Shown here one piece after another: positions 6,479 through 11,360 of a stretch of 11,360 nucleotides of DNA. The notes under the pieces were generated by a model, which was not told the DNA's origin, did not search any database, and saw nothing but the letters and a program-made list of their open reading frames with translations. Source of the stretch: Verrucomicrobiota bacterium (GTDB lineage Bacteria; Verrucomicrobiota; Verrucomicrobiia; Limisphaerales; CANJXF01). The translations under genes and the position numbers were made by a program. The stretch covers positions 1 to 11,360 of the forward strand of contig JBBQRQ010000129.1 of NCBI GenBank assembly GCA_038214755.1, in the 5' to 3' direction. The stretch's first letter is position 1. Every line of letters begins with the position of its first letter.

Positions 6479-7249
6479 TCAGGATGCGAAAGCGGCAAGT
6501 TCTCTCTCGCGATTGCTCCACAAAATTGGCTTGATGCCATAAGCGGTTAGCGCGGATAGATTTTCCGAGTTCACGTCATTTTCTGCATCGTTAATAAATG
6601 CATAAGCAGCCAAACGTCCCTTGCCCCGTTCCCTTTCAACATCTGAAACCATGAAAGCCAAACTGGCTGCCCTTTCTTTCGTCAGCCGATTTATCGCCTG
6701 AACCACTCCTTCCGGCTTGTTACCGCGCGGGGGCACGGCCATGTCGAACTTGTGATCAAACCCGCTGTAGCCACTCAATTTTACGTCTCTGATAAGAGGA
6801 ACATCTTTCGAACGAAGAAACTTTTCCACGTCTTCTTTAAATAATTGCAGGACTGATTCTTCGCCCATAACAAACATGTCGTTTACTGCGAGAATTGCCT
6901 GAATGAGGTTGTGTTTTCGCTGGGGAAAATCTTCGGGCGTAGTTGCAACACAAAGCTCATCTCCTTCATTACGCACACCAAAACCTTGAAGGATGCTTCG
7001 CAAATGAGCGCGCCGTTTATCAGTATCAAGCGCCACTGAAGAATGACGGAGATCGGTCAAAGTATATCCATCATCTGTGAGCCAAAGCTGATCGTCTCGC
7101 TTCTCGACATAAATTTCTATTTCATCGTTATGACGATCCAAAAAGGGAGTGGCAACCACGCATCCAGCGTCAATTTGTTCAATACGCAAACTTTCTTTGA
7201 GCCACGCAATATAGCCATTAACGAGTTGCTTGCATTCGGCAGTTGTCAT
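6479..7249 (-). CDS. DUF1828 + DUF1829-like protein (C-terminal restriction-endonuclease-like fold)
   Basis: N-terminal 'TPFLDRHNDEIEIYV......LTDDGYTL.DL' and 'KHNLIQAILAVNDMF' (DUF1828-like). C-terminal 'F.EDV..FL....V......LSGYSGFDHKFD' and 'AFIND......S....AL..YGI.PI.WS' (DUF1829-like). Confidence 0.8.
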   Translation of the reverse strand: MTTAECKQLVNGYIAWLKESLRIEQIDAGCVVATPFLDRHNDEIEIYVEKRDDQLWLTDDGYTLTDLRHSSVALDTDKRRAHLRSILQGFGVRNEGDELCVATTPEDFPQRKHNLIQAILAVNDMFVMGEESVLQLFKEDVEKFLRSKDVPLIRDVKLSGYSGFDHKFDMAVPPRGNKPEGVVQAINRLTKERAASLAFMVSDVERERGKGRLAAYAFINDAENDVNSENLSALTAYGIKPILWSNRERELAAFAS

Positions 7250-7252
7250 GAG

Positions 7253-7720
7253 TCAAAGAGTGGTTTGGATTGGTGGCACATTCTGAACGTGGCAGAAATT
7301 TAGAAAATCCACCAGCCACGCCAGCCCATTTGTGTGGTTAGAAACAATGAATTCAGAAACATCCGGTACCAAGTATGCGATGCGATCTTCAAAACCTTCC
7401 CGGTAAAGATGAAGATGAGGGCATGGAAGGCGCTCATTTGGTCGATGAGGAGAGTCCGGTGGGTTCCTATGCGCTGGACCGTCTAAATCCAACCGGGCCA
7501 AAATAACGATTTTGCGCGCGCGAGTTTGATACTTGAGACGAATGCGCTTCCGATTACCGCGTTCAATCGTCAGCAAAAACTCCTCTCGACGATCCTCTGA
7601 AAGTAACACTCGTTCATAGTCCATCGGAGTTGTATTCGTGAATTCCAAGGGAGAATCGTCTCTAAAAAATTTCGGCACGCTCAGTAGCGCGTCAGATTCC
7701 GATTGGGAGATTGCGCTCAT
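7253..7720 (-). CDS. DUF6978-like hypothetical protein (His-rich motif)
   Basis: 155 aa; 'SQSE.DALL...K', 'EEFLL.I.RG', 'KYQTRAR....LARLDL.G..HRNP', 'PHLHLYREGF.D..AY', 'FL.FC.V'. Its stop lies 3 nt before the DUF1828/1829 ATG. Confidence 0.75.
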   Translation of the reverse strand: MSAISQSESDALLSVPKFFRDDSPLEFTNTTPMDYERVLLSEDRREEFLLTIERGNRKRIRLKYQTRARKIVILARLDLDGPAHRNPPDSPHRPNERLPCPHLHLYREGFEDRIAYLVPDVSEFIVSNHTNGLAWLVDFLNFCHVQNVPPIQTTL

Positions 7721-7899
7721 TGTGATTTCGTCTCAGTTACATTTCCCGAATCGTCTTCCAACGCCAATCGTTCCGGCGGTGTAGTACCCAAATCCGCGTC
7801 AACAGTCAAAAGTGTTTCCGGTTTTTTGTCACGATGCGGCGGAGTTTCATCGGTGGCGGGCAAAACGTCCATCCATTCAAAATCCCGAGGCTCAATCAA
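7717..7899 (-). CDS. Small acidic hypothetical ORF or 3' remnant of a lost gene
   Basis: Its TGA overlaps the DUF6978-like ATG (ATGA). Start is TTG 7899 or ATG 7872. No recognisable domain. Confidence 0.3.
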   Translation of the reverse strand: MIEPRDFEWMDVLPATDETPPHRDKKPETLLTVDADLGTTPPERLALEDDSGNVTETKSQ

Positions 7900-7998
7900 A
7901 TCGCCTTTATGCTCTTGGGAGCCGCAATGTCTTTTTTGATGAGTTGCGAGCGGGAGCGGTGGCAGCGAAAAGAATATTGGAATCGACGGAGTTGTTCG

Positions 7999-10900
7999 TT
8001 ATCTCGAAACTTTCAACACGCCATAATCACCCAGCGGAGACCATAATCCGCGATCAACCGAGCCGTCGGCATGTTCGAGATTGGGCCACAAACAATTTTC
8101 TGCCGAGCCGCTGCCGAGAAGTTTTAAAGCCAATGGATTTGAAGCGTCGAACAGTTGCAAATGACTTTCGGTTTGCGCGACGAAAAGTCCGCCGAACAAC
8201 GCGAACGAATCCGCCGCCTCGGCGAGCTTCGTTGAACTGGCGCGAATAAATTTTCCAGAGACGGAAAAATTCCAGGTTTCAATTGCGCCGCTGGAATTCG
8301 CGCCCGGCACGCCAAGAAAAATATTGGTTTCCGCAATCAGCGTCGGGTGCGGCCAATCGGAAGGAAGCGCCAGTGAACTGATGAGCGAGGCGCGCACACC
8401 GTCGTAGGCCAGCGCATCAATCCAAGTGTGATCATCCTGCGCGACGTGCGAGGAAATAGTGTAGAGAATATTTCCTTCGTGCGAAATTCCGGCGAGTGAA
8501 CCGGAAATATTCACGGGATCGCGCAAGGTCGGATTCGTCGCGTCGGTGTAATCAATCACGTCCAGGTAATAACTCTCCATCCAGAGATTGTGACGCGGCC
8601 CGTCATCGAATCCGGTGTGGCTGACATAGACCAGACCGTTGGTGGCGAACGCGGCGTTGTGCGCGCTCCATCCGGCGGAATTTAAATTAAATTCTGAAAC
8701 GAATTTGGGGTTGGCGCTGTCGCTCACGTTGAACGCAACCAGTTCTGTTCCCGCGCCCCCTCCATAAAACCACGGCGGTAAAAAACGGTTCGCTGCAATT
8801 CCAAGAGGAGAAACGGAAGTTCTCACCGTGCCCGACTCAGAAGAAGCAAAGCCTGTGGCCGCCTGTGGCTGCGCGGCGAGCAACATTGGAAAAAACCAAA
8901 ATGAATTCGCGCTTTCCCAAACAAGCAAATCATCGCGCACCCAGAGCGGCGTGAGGTTCCACGCGCTCAACGAATTCGAAAGCGTCGCATCGGTCCGGCC
9001 AAGGATTTCAAGGTTGGGCAGTTTTGTTAGATCGATCACGGTCAGCGCAGCGGAATTGGTTTCCGGGAGCGGATTTCCTGACAGATCAAAACGATAACCG
9101 CTGCTCTGACTTTGCAGCAGATAAAGCAAATCGTTTTTGACGGTGGCTCCGAGAACTGGGAGACCGCCCAAAGACCATTGCGTGACAATCTCGTTGGGCG
9201 ACTCCGCGCGCGCCACGCGAATGGCCACACCATTTTCTCCAGAGCCAAATCCGCGCGCGCCAAATTCCAGAACATAATCGCCGGAGAGAATAACTCGATC
9301 CACCGGCCACGCGAGCGTCAGGTCGCGGGTGATGACGGGATGATCGCGGTCGTCGGCATTGACCGCTAAAAATTCCCAGCCGGAAACAGAAATGATCCGG
9401 TTCTGCGCGAGGGCGGCGCGACGCGGTTGCAGTTTGTGTTCGATGGCGCCGCGAAGTTGCAGGGAATCATTTTTCCAATCGATGAGTTGCACGCGCGAGG
9501 CGTACCCGTTTGAGAAGTCACCTTGATACGGCAATAAAATCAAACCCGCGTCGGGCAGGACGTTGAACGCTTTTTCGTCAGATAGCGCCTCGCTCCACGA
9601 ATAATTTTCGCCCCAAGAAACTCTGCTCAACAACCGTGGTTGCGAGACGTCGCTGACATCGAACAATGAAACGGCCACGCGCCACCCGTTGCTGCTGTCC
9701 TGGCCAATGGTGACGAGGCGATTTCCGACAGGTTCAATAAAAGTAGAATAGCCCGGCACTGCGACGCTGCCTTTGATCGCGGGATGTGATGGGTCAGACA
9801 AGTCAATGATCCAGAGCGGATCGACTTGCTCAAACGTCACGGCGTAAACGCGATTGCCGTCGAAGCGCGTGGCAAAGAGCCGTTCGCCGTTCGCGAAATT
9901 AAGTTCGCCCAATTGATTGGCGCTAAAATGTTGGCCAGTGAAAACGTTTCCAAAATCGTTCCTGCGCCGCCGCCGCGCCCACTATCAACTTCGGAAATCA
10001 CCGTGAGCACGCCGCTTGCGAAATTAATTTTGAATTTATCGGCGACCCGCCCGGCGACTTCCGCCGCGCCGCCGAGACGCATTGTTCCATTCGGGGACGA
10101 TATATCAATGAGGTTGACCCGCGATTGCGAACCAACGTCCCCACCCTGCACCGCGACGAACAAAAAATTTTCCGTGGCGGAAATGACATTGCCATAACCG
10201 TTGAGCCAAATGGTTTCGCGAGCAATGGGCGCAAATGGATTCGACAAATCAAAACTGGAGACGAGCGTGCCCCATTCTCCTATTTTTCCAGCAACCGTGT
10301 TCTGCGCCTGTGAGGCCACGTAAAGTGCGCTGCCCACCAATCGGCTTTCTGCGATCGATCCGCGAACCGAAACGCGAGCGACGATCGCGGGAGTTGTCGC
10401 GGCGACATCAATGACGACCAGTTCACTGTTGCCCGCGCGGTCGCAATCGTTTCGCGCCAGGAGAACAACGTAATTTCCGAGCAGATACATCTGTTCGCCC
10501 GCCGCTGGAAAATTCACGGTGCCGAGCAATGAGGCCGAATCAGGATTGCTGACGTCGAGAATTTGTAATCCGCGATACTGATTGAAATAATAGAGGCGGT
10601 TGCCGCTGATTTTCCAAACGTCAGATTCGACCACGGCGCGAACTGGCGGCAAACCGTTGCCCTGCCCGGCGAGCAGACTCAGGTCGCCAAAACCGGAGCG
10701 AGCCGTCTCCGCGCCGAAAACGCCGGGGACGCGAGAGGCCTTGCTGCGCACGCGCGCAAAAGATTTTTTTCCGCGATAAAATTTGGCGGGCAGTTTATCT
10801 GAGGCGCTGGCGATGAGGCGAAAATTCTGAGGCGTGGCGGATTGCCGGACGCGAAAAACAATCGTCGCTTTGTTTCGATTGAGTCGGCGGAGGTCACGCG

Positions 10901-11123
10901 GTTTCCACGCGCCGAGTTCGTTGGTCCCTCTTGATTCCAGTGTGACCGAGGTGAACCCGGCGGGGATTGACGCGGTGAGGTGGAGATTTGTTCCGACGGC
11001 ACGGATCCGCGTGATGGTGGGCGTTGTCACTCGTTGCGCGGAAGCGGTGAGCGCTGGAACCAACGCCAATGCGAAGAATGCGAGGGGAAACCGGAGGGAG
11101 GAAAATAGATGCGTCCACATCAT
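7999..11123 (-). pseudogene. Large secreted beta-propeller domain protein (COG4880 / Beta_propel-like), frameshifted near 9913-9917; may instead be an intact gene with a sequencing error
   Basis: ORF 9837-11123 has a signal peptide, 'VVESDVWKISGNRLYYFNQYRGLQILDVSNP' and 'VADKFKI...GVLTV'. ORF 7999-9912 continues 'GERLFATRFDGNRVYAVTFEQVDPLWIIDLSDP..P.IKG.V.VPGYS'. Adding one base at CCA ATC AA^ TTG GGC joins them into about 1041 aa. Confidence 0.85.
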
Positions 11124-11230
11124 AACATAAAAGTCCTAGTCATCGAAAAGCTGAAGCTGAGGGAGCTTCGTCAGTCTGCTGGGGAATGGCAAACGAAAAT
11201 GAACTCTGCCCACAGGAGTGCACGGCCAAT

Positions 11231-11359
11231 TCATGAAGATGATTGAAAGCTTGGCTGGCGGGCATGAAGGCAGCGGATGGCGTAGCGATGATGTTCGGCG
11301 TTCATGGCGGTGAAAAAGTCGGTGGTGGTTTTGTGCTGCGGTTTTTTCTGCCGGTTGCG
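11231..11359 (-). CDS. Possible 3' end of an upstream gene running off the window
   Basis: Open frame RNRQKKPQHKTTTDFFTAMNAEHHRYAIRCLHARQPSFQSSS*, co-oriented with the downstream gene. No family recognised. Confidence 0.3.
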   Translation of the reverse strand, partial: RNRQKKPQHKTTTDFFTAMNAEHHRYAIRCLHARQPSFQSSS

Positions 11360-11360
11360 C

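Noticed and set aside
5128..7985. 11-bp inverted repeat CGATTCCAATA / TATTGGAATCG flanking pheA and the DUF pair
   Set aside because: Matches of this length are expected by chance in an 11-kb window, and it does not extend.
9905..9935. Programmed -1 ribosomal frameshift
   Set aside because: No X XXY YYZ slippery heptamer or long homopolymer at the junction.
11140..11230. ZTP (pfl) riboswitch upstream of the propeller gene
   Set aside because: GACTGACG and TGGGCA occur in the wrong order. Only a small hairpin (GAAGCT/AGCTTC) is evident.

Overview
Bacterial chromosomal window. The gene families and repeat types suggest a Verrucomicrobiota/PVC-type organism (inference). The minus-strand backbone carries a large secreted beta-propeller gene split by a 1-bp frameshift, pheA, and a Tat-exported Hyi-family isomerase / ThuA-domain protein / secreted alpha-beta hydrolase cluster. 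Accessory DNA interrupts it in three places. (1) A tightly coupled DUF6978-like + DUF1828/DUF1829-like gene pair, with a possible small coupled ORF, lies upstream of pheA and is the best candidate for an uncharacterised anti-phage or toxin-antitoxin system. (2) A hicB-hicA toxin-antitoxin module lies on the other side of pheA. (3) A mosaic zone at 81-1531 holds a solitary TGT-type transposon end fused to a truncated gene, a long hairpin with a tRNA T-loop motif, a 50-bp duplicated gene 3' end, and a decayed integron attC site followed by an orphan cassette gene. There is also a REP-like palindrome and an inverted heptamer-repeat element inside a signal-peptide coding region. All family assignments come from motif recognition, not database searches.
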